Shown here piece after piece: positions 50,377 to 61,009 of a stretch of DNA of 64,000 bases. Position numbers and translations under genes: made by a program. How positions within the stretch are numbered: the stretch's first letter is position 1; each line of letters opens with the position of its first letter. Source of the stretch: Candidatus Latescibacterota bacterium (GTDB lineage: Bacteria; Latescibacterota; UBA2968; GCA-2709665); assembly GCA_965208835.1 (NCBI GenBank), contig OZ242358.1:4992001-5056000 (forward strand), read 5' to 3'. The notes under the pieces are model-generated. The model did not search any database. It was given only the letters and a program-made list of their open reading frames with translations, and was not told the origin of the DNA.

Positions 50377-51585
50377 TTATTTCCGGGACAGAACACTACC
50401 CCTTACCAGCGCGTTCATTTCTCTCGCCCTGTGGAATGTTTCCGCGACTTCCTCTTTAAGGTCTTCCGGCCTGTACAGAACTCCCTTTCGAACGGTCAAC
50501 ACGGGCGCTATCATCCGGGAGCCAACTTCCAGGTTGTCGCCCACGTCCCGGAACTCGAACGCGCCCCCCCGCACCTCGAACGCTGCCAGGTCCGCTACGG
50601 TCCCGACCTTCAACGTACCCAGTTCATCGTCCCTTCCGATCGCCGCTGCCGGCGCGGCTGTTGTCTGGTAGACGACCTCCGGCAACTCCATTCCCAGATT
50701 CAGCATCTTGGAGGCCGTTTCGGGCAGACTGTAAACCGGATCGTTCAGACAGTGTACGTGCAGGTCGGTGCTGATCACGTCCGAAGGAAAACCCTGAGCC
50801 AGCGCCTTCTTGGCCACTTCGAACAGGAAACTGCCGCCGCCGTGGCCCAGGTCGAACAGGACGCCCCGTTCCCGTGCCGCCCACACTTCCGGAATAACCC
50901 GTTCCCCGTTGCCCAGGATCGTATCGCCGCCGCCGTGATAGCAGTGGGTGACGATATCCCCGGGGCGAACCACGCCCAGCACGTCCGGCAGAGGAACGCC
51001 GGCTCCGGCGTGTACCATCACTTTCGAGTTCGAAAGCTCGGCGGCCTTTACCGCGAGTTTCAGAGGCGCCACCCCGTTGTCCCCCACCTGGTGTTTACCC
51101 TGGCGCACCTTCACGCCCACGCAGTGTTCCGGCCATCTTCCGATGATGTACGCCGTGCGCTCCGGGTCCGCGTACCTCAAGTCCTGCATCTCGCCCACGG
51201 GCCCGTAGGTCAACCCGATCCCGCTGATATGCACGAATGTCAGGACCTGCGTGCGCGCCGGCGCCGCGACGTAATCCCTGAAGCCCATGAAATTCGCCCA
51301 TCCCGGGCTGCCCGCGTCCACGACCGTTGTCACCCCGGTTGCCAGGCAGAGCGCATCCCCCCGGATGCCCCAGGTGGTCGCTCCCGCGTAGAGGTGGGTA
51401 TGGATATCGATCCAGCCCGGCGTCAGAATCCTTCCTCCCAGGTCCACCGTTTCTCTCGCGGGCTCCGCGATCTCCTTCTCCACGGCGGCGATTTTTTCAC
51501 CATTCACCGCCACGTCGTACTCCCCGTTCAACCCCTGGGCGCCGTCAATCACGGAGGCGCCTTTCAATACCAGGTCATAAGTCAT
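50377..51585 (-). CDS. Amidohydrolase (dihydroorotase/deacetylase-like)
   Basis: PGWIDIHTH, GVTTVVDAGS, DLGHGGGSF, ISTDLH. Confidence 0.88.
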   Translation of the reverse strand: MTYDLVLKGASVIDGAQGLNGEYDVAVNGEKIAAVEKEIAEPARETVDLGGRILTPGWIDIHTHLYAGATTWGIRGDALCLATGVTTVVDAGSPGWANFMGFRDYVAAPARTQVLTFVHISGIGLTYGPVGEMQDLRYADPERTAYIIGRWPEHCVGVKVRQGKHQVGDNGVAPLKLAVKAAELSNSKVMVHAGAGVPLPDVLGVVRPGDIVTHCYHGGGDTILGNGERVIPEVWAARERGVLFDLGHGGGSFLFEVAKKALAQGFPSDVISTDLHVHCLNDPVYSLPETASKMLNLGMELPEVVYQTTAAPAAAIGRDDELGTLKVGTVADLAAFEVRGGAFEFRDVGDNLEVGSRMIAPVLTVRKGVLYRPEDLKEEVAETFHRAREMNALVRGSVLSRK

Positions 51586-51772
51586 ACTCCGGATTCTCCG
51601 CTTCCCGGCTAACAGTCCGTTGATAAAGTCGCTCTGCAGGCGAGGCCGAGCCATTGTGGCCGAAGACAAGGCGCGCGACCGAGTCCCATCCTGCGATTCG
51701 GCGAGGGAGCGCAACGCAGTAATTCGACCGCAAGGGCCGGCCGTAGACCGGATGGGCTTTTTCAGCGGGCTG

Positions 51773-52312
51773 TCAAACCTGAACGCGTTCACGTTCGGCG
51801 CCAGCCCGCGTCAAATATTTCTGAAAGAATTCCTGCGGGGACAACCCGGATTCCACAAATATCCGGCGCAGGTCCCTCCGGTTGACATCGGCTTCCCACG
51901 GCCAGATCCGGTCCTGCAGACAGACGGTGCCGCAGACACCGTCCAGGGTATCGGTGATCCACCGGCGGTGCCACCAGACAAAGGGCTCCGGCAGTTGAAT
52001 GGCAGAAAAATAACCGGATTCGATAACCTCCTCCGGTTGCGGCGTAATTTTCCGGCTGAGAGGTCGGGATGCGAAGACAACCGTGTGGTTTCCCCCTGAA
52101 CGCCAACGCGGGCTTGCGTAAATCCCCACAAGCCGCGTCAGCTCGATTTCGATTCCCGTTTCTTCCCTGACCTCCCGGATGGCCGTTTGCGCGACGGTTT
52201 CTCCTGCCTCTGCGTTCCCGCCCGGCAGCGCCCACGCCTCGCAGTCCCGCCTCTTGATCAGCAGCACCTTCCCTTCAGAAATGACAACCGCGCCTGCTCC
52301 GAACGTCGGCAT
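51773..52312 (-). CDS. NUDIX hydrolase
   Basis: GGNAEAGETVAQTAIREVREETG Nudix box. Confidence 0.92.
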   Translation of the reverse strand: MPTFGAGAVVISEGKVLLIKRRDCEAWALPGGNAEAGETVAQTAIREVREETGIEIELTRLVGIYASPRWRSGGNHTVVFASRPLSRKITPQPEEVIESGYFSAIQLPEPFVWWHRRWITDTLDGVCGTVCLQDRIWPWEADVNRRDLRRIFVESGLSPQEFFQKYLTRAGAERERVQV

Positions 52313-52344
52313 ACAACTCCCTGCTACGCTGTGCTCAGCCGCAA

Positions 52345-53130
52345 CTAACGGTAATGCGGATGTTCCATCACCGCCCGTTCCGCATCCGTCATATCCAGAA
52401 TGTAGTCAGGATAGGTCACCGAATGCGCGCCCACACCGTAGGCCTGGAATCCCGGGCTGAATTTGTACAGCAGCGCCCGCCGCTGATGGTCGGCCGTCCA
52501 CGGCAACGTCCCGTGGGTCAGCGTCTCCGTAAAAATCACCACATCTCCGGCGCGCCCGTTGACCTCCACCACATGTTCCTGGTATTTCTCACCCCGCATC
52601 ATCTCCCTCGGGCACGTCAGATTCGCCTTGTGGCTTCCCGGCACCACCGCCACACCCCCTTCGCCCGGCCCCTCGTCCGCCAGCAGATACTCCACGACCG
52701 TCAACCCGCAGTAGATGCGCCCGCTCTTGAAAAAATACGCCTCCGAAAGATCCGGACGTTCCACACCGCCCCCGTGCAGCGTGCCCCCTTCGCAGCCCTT
52801 GTCCATGGCAATCAGACCGGGCCCGTGGTCCAGCCGATAATTCTTGCCCAGAATCACGTGCAGATAAGGCATCACACGCGGATGCACGAGCATCGCCCGA
52901 AAGGGTTCGCACCACGGCCGCTCCCATGCCAGCATGCCGCCCAGATCCTTCCGGTTCGACGTACCCCCGAGCGCCGGCGCGCCTATCGTGAGCGACCCCT
53001 CCCTCTCCCTGAGCTGATCGTCATGGCGATCGATCGCCTCGTTGCAGCGGCCGACTTCCTCCGGTGTCAGGACGTCTTTGAGTACCAGGTACCCGTTCAG
53101 ATCGAATAGATATTTCTCGTCCTCTGTCAT
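52345..53130 (-). CDS. Phytanoyl-CoA dioxygenase (PhyH) family
   Basis: FDLNGYLV, VPGSHK, AGDVVIFTETLTHGT. Confidence 0.85.
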   Translation of the reverse strand: MTEDEKYLFDLNGYLVLKDVLTPEEVGRCNEAIDRHDDQLREREGSLTIGAPALGGTSNRKDLGGMLAWERPWCEPFRAMLVHPRVMPYLHVILGKNYRLDHGPGLIAMDKGCEGGTLHGGGVERPDLSEAYFFKSGRIYCGLTVVEYLLADEGPGEGGVAVVPGSHKANLTCPREMMRGEKYQEHVVEVNGRAGDVVIFTETLTHGTLPWTADHQRRALLYKFSPGFQAYGVGAHSVTYPDYILDMTDAERAVMEHPHYR

Positions 53131-53196
53131 GGCGTTCCTCCTTGGAAATCCCTGCGCCTATCAGGTAGATGAAACGTCGTCACATCCCAATCTCGA

Positions 53197-53661
53197 TTAT
53201 TTGTACATCTGTATTGAAAACATCCCATAGCCGTGCCGTTCATAGAATCGATACGTACGCAGCCAATCGACGTTATTTGAGCCGACCATGGAGCGGTTGA
53301 TTCCTTCCGATTCCGATCTGGATAGCAATGCCTCCATGAGTCGGTCTCCGACGCCCTTTTCGCGGTGGTCAACATGGACAAAGACCTCATGAACATCCAG
53401 GAATCGCTCGCCATGGGGTCTGAATACCGCATTTTTCCCGACTTTCAAGACTCCCGCCGCGTACGCGATGACGGCACCTTCATGTTCGCCGACGAAAAAA
53501 TAGCCGCCGTCGAGCCAGGACCGCAGATGTTTGTCTCCTTCCATCAACGCGACATAGCCGATTGTACAACCTTCATCAGCCCAGAGTTTCGACAAACCCA
53601 CCACCGCACGCACATCGTCAGTTTTTGCCTGTCTGATTTGATAGTCCGAAGCGTCTGCCAC
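53197..53661 (-). CDS. GNAT acetyltransferase
   Basis: VFVHVDHREKGVGDRLM, FYERHGY. Confidence 0.85.
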   Translation of the reverse strand: MADASDYQIRQAKTDDVRAVVGLSKLWADEGCTIGYVALMEGDKHLRSWLDGGYFFVGEHEGAVIAYAAGVLKVGKNAVFRPHGERFLDVHEVFVHVDHREKGVGDRLMEALLSRSESEGINRSMVGSNNVDWLRTYRFYERHGYGMFSIQMYK

Positions 53662-53725
53662 CTTCCAGTTACCTCCAGATCAACCCACCTGAACCGGTAC
53701 ATCTCCCGCCAATCTGGCATGCGCT

Positions 53726-54775
53726 TTACCGCGTTACTATGTTCTGGTGATAATCGCCGTGAGCGATAAGCTCGGGCGCGTAGGCGAACAGCGCCGGGTT
53801 GCCTCCAGTGTGCACATACACCACGTTCGATCCGGTCGGAATTTCTCCCGTCCGGATCCGGTCGATGACCCCGGACATGGCCTTTCCCGTGTATACCGGA
53901 TCCAGCAGGATGCCCTCCGTCCTCGCCAGCAGGTGCAATGCGTCCAGCCCCGCTTCGGTTACAATCCCGTATTCTTCGCCGACGTACGCGTCCGTATTCT
54001 CCATTTCGCCGGCCGTCATTTGAATATCCAGTTCCATCAGCGCCGCGGTTTCGTTGGCGATTTCCGCAATTTGCGCGTTCCGCCTCGCGTTGTCTCCCCT
54101 GCTCGGCGAGAATCCCTGCGTGCGAACCGGCAGCCCCAGCGCCTTCATCCCAAGCGCCAGCCCGGCGTGTGTGCCGTGTCCGGATGCCGTACAGATGTAA
54201 TCCGCCTGCGCGTCCATCGCCTCGAGTTGATTCACGATCTCCAGCGCGCAACCGACGTACGCCACCGTTCCCAGCACCACCGCCTGCCGCCCGATGAGAT
54301 AGGGTGTCTCTCCCCGCGCCCGCAGCTCTTCCATAACCCCTTTCTTGACTTCCTCCTGGCTCACGCCGTCGGCGACCAGCCTGACGTCTGCGCCGAAGAT
54401 ATTGTCCAGCAGCTGATTACCCTGGATTCCCATCAGGCTCCGGTGATCGTGACGGTTCACCAGCACGCATTTCATGCCCAGCTTCGCAGCCGCGGCGGCC
54501 GCCTGCCGTGCGTGGTTCGACTGCGATGCCGCGCCCGTCACCACGGCCGTCGCCCCCTGCGCCAACGCGTCTCCCAGGGCCAGATCGAACTTTCGTGTCT
54601 TGTTCCCTCCGAACGCGAGCCCGGTCAGGTCGTCCCGCTTCACCATCACACGCACCTTCCCCCCGAGCGCTTCCGAGAACCGCGGGCAATCGTGCAGCGG
54701 CGTGGGCAGTTCGGCCAGTGCCGTCCTCGGAAATCGTTCGATTACCGCCTGCAACTCCTGTGCGCTCAAAGCCAT
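53726..54775 (-). CDS. D-cysteine desulfhydrase / ACC deaminase family PLP enzyme
   Basis: KRDDLTGLAFGGNKTRK, QSNHAR, LDPVYTGK, HTGG. Confidence 0.92.
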   Translation of the reverse strand: MALSAQELQAVIERFPRTALAELPTPLHDCPRFSEALGGKVRVMVKRDDLTGLAFGGNKTRKFDLALGDALAQGATAVVTGAASQSNHARQAAAAAAKLGMKCVLVNRHDHRSLMGIQGNQLLDNIFGADVRLVADGVSQEEVKKGVMEELRARGETPYLIGRQAVVLGTVAYVGCALEIVNQLEAMDAQADYICTASGHGTHAGLALGMKALGLPVRTQGFSPSRGDNARRNAQIAEIANETAALMELDIQMTAGEMENTDAYVGEEYGIVTEAGLDALHLLARTEGILLDPVYTGKAMSGVIDRIRTGEIPTGSNVVYVHTGGNPALFAYAPELIAHGDYHQNIVTR

Positions 54776-54998
54776 GGATTCCTCCATCCGGAGTGTGGGA
54801 TCCGGGTATCGCGGATTGACCCCGATTCCAGCGAACAATCAATGACGACACCACAACGGGCGGCGCCGATGGCATGATGACACAGTTTCCCGCGGAAGTC
54901 AAAGAGAAATGGCGTTGTGCGCCTCCGTTCAATTCCGTTGTGCCCGCCCCGGCCGATTTCTATATTCGGAAAACCACAGACCAGCCATGGAGGTACGG

Positions 54999-55823
54999 AT
55001 GTCCGCAACCGACAACAGCGTAATCGCGAAAAACGCACAGCCCTTCGACGAAGAAACCACCAGGAGAATTGTGGAGGATTTCAACCGCGACGGCTACTGT
55101 TTCCTGGAGAACGTGCTCACCCTCGAGGAGGTGGACGCACTGAGGGAGGGTATGAAGCGCAAGTGGAACGACCCTCGCATTCAGGCCGATGAAGCCGGCG
55201 ATCACATCCGCGGCATCAGCATGATGCGCATGTACGAGTACGACCGCAATTTCAGAGACCTGATCGAACGGGAGCCCATCGTCAGCCTGGCTGAGGCCAT
55301 CCTGGGCGCGGACTGCCACATGATGTCCCAGAACGCGCTGCGTTACGAACCCGGCCAGGGCGGCGGCTGGCATCTGGACGACAGAATTCACTTCCCGCTG
55401 CCGGATGGTGTCCAGCGTCACAGTCCGGATATCCCCATCCCCTGCTTCGTGATGAACGCAATGATCCCGCTGAGCAGGGCCGATTCCATCGAATACGGCG
55501 TCACCGAAGTCATCCCCGGCAGTCACTTCGCCGGCCGGAATCCGAACGACCGCGAGAATCCCACCTTCGAAGGCCGGCAGGCGGTTTCCCTGACCGCGAA
55601 TCCGGGCGACGTCTACATGTTCCACAACCAGGTCTGGCACCGCGGGTCGCGGAACGACTCCGACGAAGTCCGGTACGTGGGTTCCGTCGTCTACAGCCAG
55701 CGAATGATCGCCCAGCGCCTCTATCCGTTCATCGACTACCGCATGCCGGACCACGTCTGGGAAGACGCAGGCCCCCGCCTCCAGCGGCTCCTGGGACGGC
55801 ACGAAAAAGGGGCTTACGGATAG
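54999..55823 (+). CDS. PhyH family dioxygenase
   Basis: DGYCFL, WHLD, IPGSH, QVWHRG. Confidence 0.87.
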   Translation: MSATDNSVIAKNAQPFDEETTRRIVEDFNRDGYCFLENVLTLEEVDALREGMKRKWNDPRIQADEAGDHIRGISMMRMYEYDRNFRDLIEREPIVSLAEAILGADCHMMSQNALRYEPGQGGGWHLDDRIHFPLPDGVQRHSPDIPIPCFVMNAMIPLSRADSIEYGVTEVIPGSHFAGRNPNDRENPTFEGRQAVSLTANPGDVYMFHNQVWHRGSRNDSDEVRYVGSVVYSQRMIAQRLYPFIDYRMPDHVWEDAGPRLQRLLGRHEKGAYG

Positions 55824-55826
55824 CCG

Positions 55827-55958
55827 AAAAGCGGGGAGACGTGAGCCGGGAGAGACTGTCTGCCTTGTGAGGTTTCTCTTCGTGCCGGAGGCAAAAGGGA
55901 ACAAAATTTCGGGCAAGGGCTTCTTCTACCGTCTTCCCTCTCCCTCTCACCGCCTTTT
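55827..55958 (+). repeat. Hairpin repeat element, copy 5
   Basis: aaaagcgg...gccttgtgagg...gtgccggaggcaa...gggcaagg...ccgcctttt. Confidence 0.85.
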
Positions 55959-56018
55959 GCAGACACTAAGGACAAGACATCGATGAGCGATCTGCAGATA
56001 GCAGGCCGGGGTAACCCC

Positions 56019-56363
56019 ATGAACACAATGACGTATAGAGGATACGCGGCTCGAATCGACTATAGCGATGAAGATGGCTGCTTCGTTGGTCATATTGCGG
56101 GGATCAACGACGTGGTGGGTATTCACGGCGAATCGGTCGAAGAACTGCGTGATGCTTTTATAGAATCGGTGGATGACTATCTCCTAACCTGTGAAAAGCT
56201 GAACAGACCCCCTCAGAAGCCCTATTCCGGAAATCTGATGTTGCGGATTCCACCACAGGTCCACGCCGCGATTGCCATGGCGGCAGAAGTCAGTGGGAAG
56301 AGCATCAATCAGTGGGCGTCCGATACGCTCGCCGGTGTTCTGGATACGGATGCACCACAATGA
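56019..56363 (+). CDS. hicB: HicB antitoxin (orphan)
   Basis: MTYRGYAARIDYSDED..GESVEELRDAF..SVDDYL..KPYSGNLMLRIPPQVH. Confidence 0.9.
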   Translation: MNTMTYRGYAARIDYSDEDGCFVGHIAGINDVVGIHGESVEELRDAFIESVDDYLLTCEKLNRPPQKPYSGNLMLRIPPQVHAAIAMAAEVSGKSINQWASDTLAGVLDTDAPQ

Positions 56364-56416
56364 GGGAAACGAAAAACCCTTAAGCATATCGACGGCTAAA
56401 CAACGAAAGGAATCAC

Positions 56417-57490
56417 ATGACGAAATCCGATCCATTTGAACAGGGCCTGGCAGCGGGTGAGGCGGCGGCTTCCGCCTCAGGAGACGCTTCACAGTCAACG
56501 TCATCGAACGGCGGGCGCATGTACGTGCGCACACAGAGTTTCGGGTCAACCGACGCCGAGTTGCGCTTTCTGCAGCGCTGCGGCGTGCGCCACAAGGCCG
56601 TTATCTTTCCGTTCCATCACGGCCGAGGATGGGACCTCGACGAACTGGTCCAGGTACGTGAACACCACGAGCGTTTCGGGATCACGCTGGATATGAGCTC
56701 GCTGCCCATATACGAGCGTTTTCACAACATCATCTATTATGGCAAGAGCCCGGAACGCGACCGGGAAATCGACATCGTGTGCGAGATGATCCGAACGGCC
56801 TCGCGCGCCGGCGTCGACTCCCTGCGCTATAACACCTGCGTCCTGCCCATCGACCGCACCGAGCCGGAAGAAGGCCGCGGCGGCTTCTTCCACACCGCGT
56901 TCCGCGTGGACAAGATCCCGGCCGAAGAACAGGCCAGGCTGACCGAGGCCGGGCGCGTCACGGCGGACATGTACTGGGAACGCATCGAGTATCTGCTGGA
57001 ACGGATGATTCCGGTGGCGGAAGAATTCAAGGTGCGAATGGGCAATTCGCAGGAGGACCCCGCCACGCCTCCCGGCTACAAGGGCGTTGACAAAGTCCTC
57101 AATGACTTCGAGGGCATGAAGCGTTTCATCGAGATACAGCGCGGACCGTATCACGGCTGGAACTTCTGCGTGGGCTCCGTCGCGGAAGGGCTCGAAGACC
57201 CGGCCACCGAGATCTATCCCATCATTGAGTACTTCAACAGCCGCAATACGATTTTCCTGGTTCACTATCGAAACATCATCGGAGGGCTGTACAGCTTCCG
57301 CGAGTCTCTGCCCGATGAGGGAGACATGGACTTCTACCGCGTTATAAAGGCCCTCAAGGACACCGGCTACTGTTACGGCATCGATCCCGATCACGTCCCG
57401 TGGACCGACGACGATCCGAACCGTTCCTATCAGTCATACGCGTACTGCTTCGGTTACATCAATGCCATGATTCAGGCCGTGTACGGTTAA
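56417..57490 (+). CDS. Mannonate dehydratase (UxuA)-like protein
   Basis: RDREID, YLLERMIPVAEEFKVRM, FCVGS, VHYRNI, DEGDMD, PDHVP, GYINAM. Confidence 0.8.
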   Translation: MTKSDPFEQGLAAGEAAASASGDASQSTSSNGGRMYVRTQSFGSTDAELRFLQRCGVRHKAVIFPFHHGRGWDLDELVQVREHHERFGITLDMSSLPIYERFHNIIYYGKSPERDREIDIVCEMIRTASRAGVDSLRYNTCVLPIDRTEPEEGRGGFFHTAFRVDKIPAEEQARLTEAGRVTADMYWERIEYLLERMIPVAEEFKVRMGNSQEDPATPPGYKGVDKVLNDFEGMKRFIEIQRGPYHGWNFCVGSVAEGLEDPATEIYPIIEYFNSRNTIFLVHYRNIIGGLYSFRESLPDEGDMDFYRVIKALKDTGYCYGIDPDHVPWTDDDPNRSYQSYAYCFGYINAMIQAVYG

Positions 57491-57547
57491 CCAGGATACA
57501 AGTCACTAGGAAGTGAACAGGACCTTTCACCCGGTCCCCTCAAATTA

Positions 57548-57730
57548 GGGTAGACGGGAGACGGTAGAGGGGAGAGGACCACACCCCGGCCCACCACCTG
57601 GTGAGAGGGGAGACGTTAGACGGGAGAGATTGTCTGCCTTGTGAGAATTCTTTTCGTGCCAAAGGCAAGGAGGGAAAACATACCCGGCAAGGATTTCATC
57701 TACCGTCTACCGGCTCCCGTCTCCCCGCAT
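57548..57730 (+). repeat. Hairpin repeat element, copy 6 (long form)
   Basis: Core with tgccaaaggca; 5' module shared with copy 2. Confidence 0.85.
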
Positions 57731-57786
57731 TCATGCTTTTTGTGGTCGATTCAATCGGGTTCTTTTTTTCGAATTGAGGCTGAGAC

Positions 57787-58632
57787 ATGGAACCAGATGA
57801 AATTGCGCGCCGCATCAGGGAAAACGGCTGCTGTATCGTCGATGACGTCATTCCCTCTGGGGAAGTGGGCGGGATCCGCAAACGCGTCCTGCGGGCGCAG
57901 GCCGCCAATGACGCCGTCCACCAGGCCAGGGAGAAGGCGACTCGGGCCAGGGGCCACCGCGTGGGCGCCCGCGGCGTCGGCGTGCTCAAGCAGGCCATCA
58001 ACCACGACCAGTCGTTCGCGCCGTACCTGGCCGACCGGCGGATCGTCGGGGCCCTCGAAATTATCTTCGGTCCCTGGCTGAGAATCTCCTGCACCGACGT
58101 CGTGGTGAACCATCCGGGGAACGAGCGCGGCTACTGGCACGCGGACTGGCCGTTCAACCAGACGAACGCCTCCAATGTCCCCACCCCCTACCCGGACGCG
58201 ATGATGCACGCGTCGTCGCTGTGGATGCTGACCGATTTCACCGCGGCCAACGGAGGGACGCTGCTGTTGCCCGGCACGCACCGGAAGGACCACAATCCGG
58301 CGACGGGAGACATCGCCGGCTTCGACAACGAGGCGCCCCAGCCGACCGAGATCAATGCCCAGGGCAGGGCGGGATCGGTTCTGCTCTACGACAGCCGGCA
58401 GTGGCACGCGGTTGCCCCCAACCGGAGCGGCAACCCCCGGGTGGCCCTGATCGTGCGTTACGCGCCCTGGTGGCTGAACCTGAATCCGACGCACAAAGGC
58501 ACGCCGGAGCACGAAATGATGGTGGTGGAGACCGGCGGGAAGAACTACGAGATGGAGCCCCTGAGCCGAGACGTGTACGAGGGACTTCCGGAGGAAGTGA
58601 AGCCGCTCTTCCGGCACTTCGTGGCCAGTTAG
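57787..58632 (+). CDS. PhyH family dioxygenase
   Basis: WHADWP, DFTAANGGT.LLPGTH, DSRQWH. Confidence 0.87.
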   Translation: MEPDEIARRIRENGCCIVDDVIPSGEVGGIRKRVLRAQAANDAVHQAREKATRARGHRVGARGVGVLKQAINHDQSFAPYLADRRIVGALEIIFGPWLRISCTDVVVNHPGNERGYWHADWPFNQTNASNVPTPYPDAMMHASSLWMLTDFTAANGGTLLLPGTHRKDHNPATGDIAGFDNEAPQPTEINAQGRAGSVLLYDSRQWHAVAPNRSGNPRVALIVRYAPWWLNLNPTHKGTPEHEMMVVETGGKNYEMEPLSRDVYEGLPEEVKPLFRHFVAS

Positions 58633-58748
58633 GCGAGGTGTCCGATATGGAGAGGTATTGTCAGTTTTTTAGGTTGGCGGCGAACGCTTCCTGATGGATT
58701 AAACGATGGCGTTCAGCACGCCAATATATGTAGTAGAGGTTTCCAACA

Positions 58749-60490
58749 ATGGCAAAGAGGACTCATCGAAATGAATCCCCGTCAAGAGACGACGTATTTG
58801 CAGATGCAATCGGCATGTGCAACGCTGCGCAAGCCGGAGACTTAAAAAGAGTAGAAATGCTGATGAAGAGGAATCCGGATCTGGCAACTGCCAAAAACCA
58901 TCCGCAATACGGGCGGCGCCCCATTTACTATGCCGCTCGGGAAGGTCATACCGAGGTCGTTGAGATACTGCTTGAGGCGGGCGCCAATCCGGCCGTTGGG
59001 GTCTGGCCTAACCGTGAGGCGTCGCAACCGTTGACATTGGCACGGGACCGAGGGCATACCGAGGTCGTCGCTTTAATTGAAGCGTGGTTGAATGCGCAAC
59101 AAGGGACGACATCTCGCGGGATGGAATTTTGCGATGCGGCCCGGATGCAGATGCACGAAAAAGTACGCTCATTTTTGGACAAGGAACCGGCAATTGTAAA
59201 CGAAAGCGATGCAGCGGGTAATACAGCGCTTCATTACGCGGTGTGGCATATGCAGTTTGACGTTGTGGCCGACTTGCTCGCCGCTGGCGCCGACGTAAAT
59301 ATCAGGAATGCCGAAAATGAACTACCCATCCACCGCGCTCTATTCAAGGGTAATGGCCCCAACCGTGATAAGCCGGCGGACCGAAAGATGGCTGAATTGT
59401 TGCTTGAGCATGGGGCGGATTGCGACATCTGGTAGCCAGTGCTCTTGGTGATCTGGAAGGCGTCAGGAAGATGCTGGAAGCGGACTCCAGCCTGGTGAAT
59501 TATCAGTGCGGGCGTGTGAATAACAAGAATGCATCGACCTATCCCCTGGCGATAGCCGCGCGCGAGGGACACCTGGAAGTCGTGGACCTGCTCCTGGATT
59601 TCGGCGCTGACGTGGATACAAAATGTGAACGCAATGGTAAGGTGGTACATATTTCCGGCGCGTTGATTTATGCACTGGAACGCAAACACTTTGACGTGGC
59701 CGAACGGTTAATGGAACGCGGTGCCCGCACGGATGCACCCTCAAATGACTCGGAATTGGGCGTAGCTGACGAGGCGTTGCTGTCGGGCAACCAGGAATTG
59801 GCAGACCGCGTCTATGTTAACGGCGGGCGCCCGATGATGTGGACGTACGTGAAGGCGAGGCAATATTGCGTTATAGGTGAGTTACTGGATCGCGCCATGG
59901 CTGTTCCGGAAGCAGGCTATCTGCCTCAGGATCGTAGTGAAGGCGTGGTTCGACAGACCATGCGTTGGGGATTGAGTTTTGGAGACGTCAACGTCGTAAA
60001 AATGTGCTTGCGTTGTGAACCCGATCTTGACGCGGATTATTGGTTTGAATGTCTGCGTTGGGGGCTGCAGAGCGGCGCCGGAGAAACCGTGCGGATGATT
60101 CTGGACTATGGAGTTGACGTTAACGTCCGGGGGCCGGAAAACTCAACCTTATTGCATTGGATCGGTGGCAGCTATCTGGAACGTGAGGAAAAATGGAGCA
60201 ATAGCGAAACCGTGATGATTGAGATGGCAGAAGTGTTGCTCGACTATAAGGCTGACGTGAACGTTCAAGATGAGGAACTGTGTTCGACGCCGCTGGGTTG
60301 GCATGTCCGCGCGGGGCACAAAGAGGTGGTTGCTTTTCTGCTCGACCATGGGGCTTACGTGAATATTCCCGACACACCGAAATGGGCAGCGCCACTGAGT
60401 TGGGCTGAAAGACGTGGGCATATGGGAATCGCGGAGATGCTTCGGCAAGCAGGCGCCGGTTCGCAAGAACAGGAACGGCTCAGCGTGTAG
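58749..60490 (+). pseudogene. Ankyrin-repeat protein (~580 aa) split by a 1-nt frameshift near 59432
   Basis: Ankyrin motifs in both ORFs (GNTALHYAV, AAREGHLEVVDLLL, STPLGW); one extra G joins ...GADCDIW to VASALGD... Confidence 0.8.
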
Positions 60491-60810
60491 GCGCCCGCTG
60501 TGAACCGGTGGCCGACGGACAATTCGCCTCGACCTCAATTTGAAAAGAGACAACAGTCAATTTACCACAAAAAGCACAAAAGGCACAGAAGGTAACAGCG
60601 CGAGACGGCGTATCGAGGTCGTTCAAATGGATGAGACTTTCGAGTGCCTCCAGTAACCTCGAGTATCCTGGAACTCTGACATCAATTCTCCCTTATTCTA
60701 CTGTGTATATTCGACAACCAGGTCCCCGCATAATCGCGAATCAATGCTTGGCCCTTGCGAGCGGGGAGTTAGAGACAAGACATGCGGATTGATGAACGCA
60801 AGGAGGAATT

Positions 60811-61008
60811 ATGAAGTATAAGATCGCGCTGCACAGATCCGATGAAGGCTACAGTTTCTCGGTACCCGGACTGCCAGGTTGCTGGTCGCAAGGAGCCACC
60901 GAAGATGAAGCGATTGCAAACATCCAAGCGGCAATACGCGAGTATCTGGAAGTCGTTGACGATCTCTTGGAAAACGTAGAAATACGAGAGATCGAACTGA
61001 CGGTATAG
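60811..61008 (+). CDS. hicB: Short HicB-family antitoxin
   Basis: YSFSVPGLPGCWSQGATEDEAIANIQAAIREYL. Confidence 0.9.
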   Translation: MKYKIALHRSDEGYSFSVPGLPGCWSQGATEDEAIANIQAAIREYLEVVDDLLENVEIREIELTV

Positions 61009-61009
61009 A

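Noticed and set aside
2347-57730. Hairpin element as CRISPR repeats or integron attC sites
   Set aside because: Copies are kilobases apart with no repeat-spacer period; no RYYYAAC/GTTRRRY ends, cas gene or integrase seen.
59433-59435. TAG readthrough or pyrrolysine in the ankyrin gene
   Set aside because: The continuation is in a different frame, so this is a frameshift.
60560-60592. Short tandem cacaaaaag/cacaaaagg/cacagaagg repeat
   Set aside because: Three degenerate units with no further copies in the window; too weak to call.
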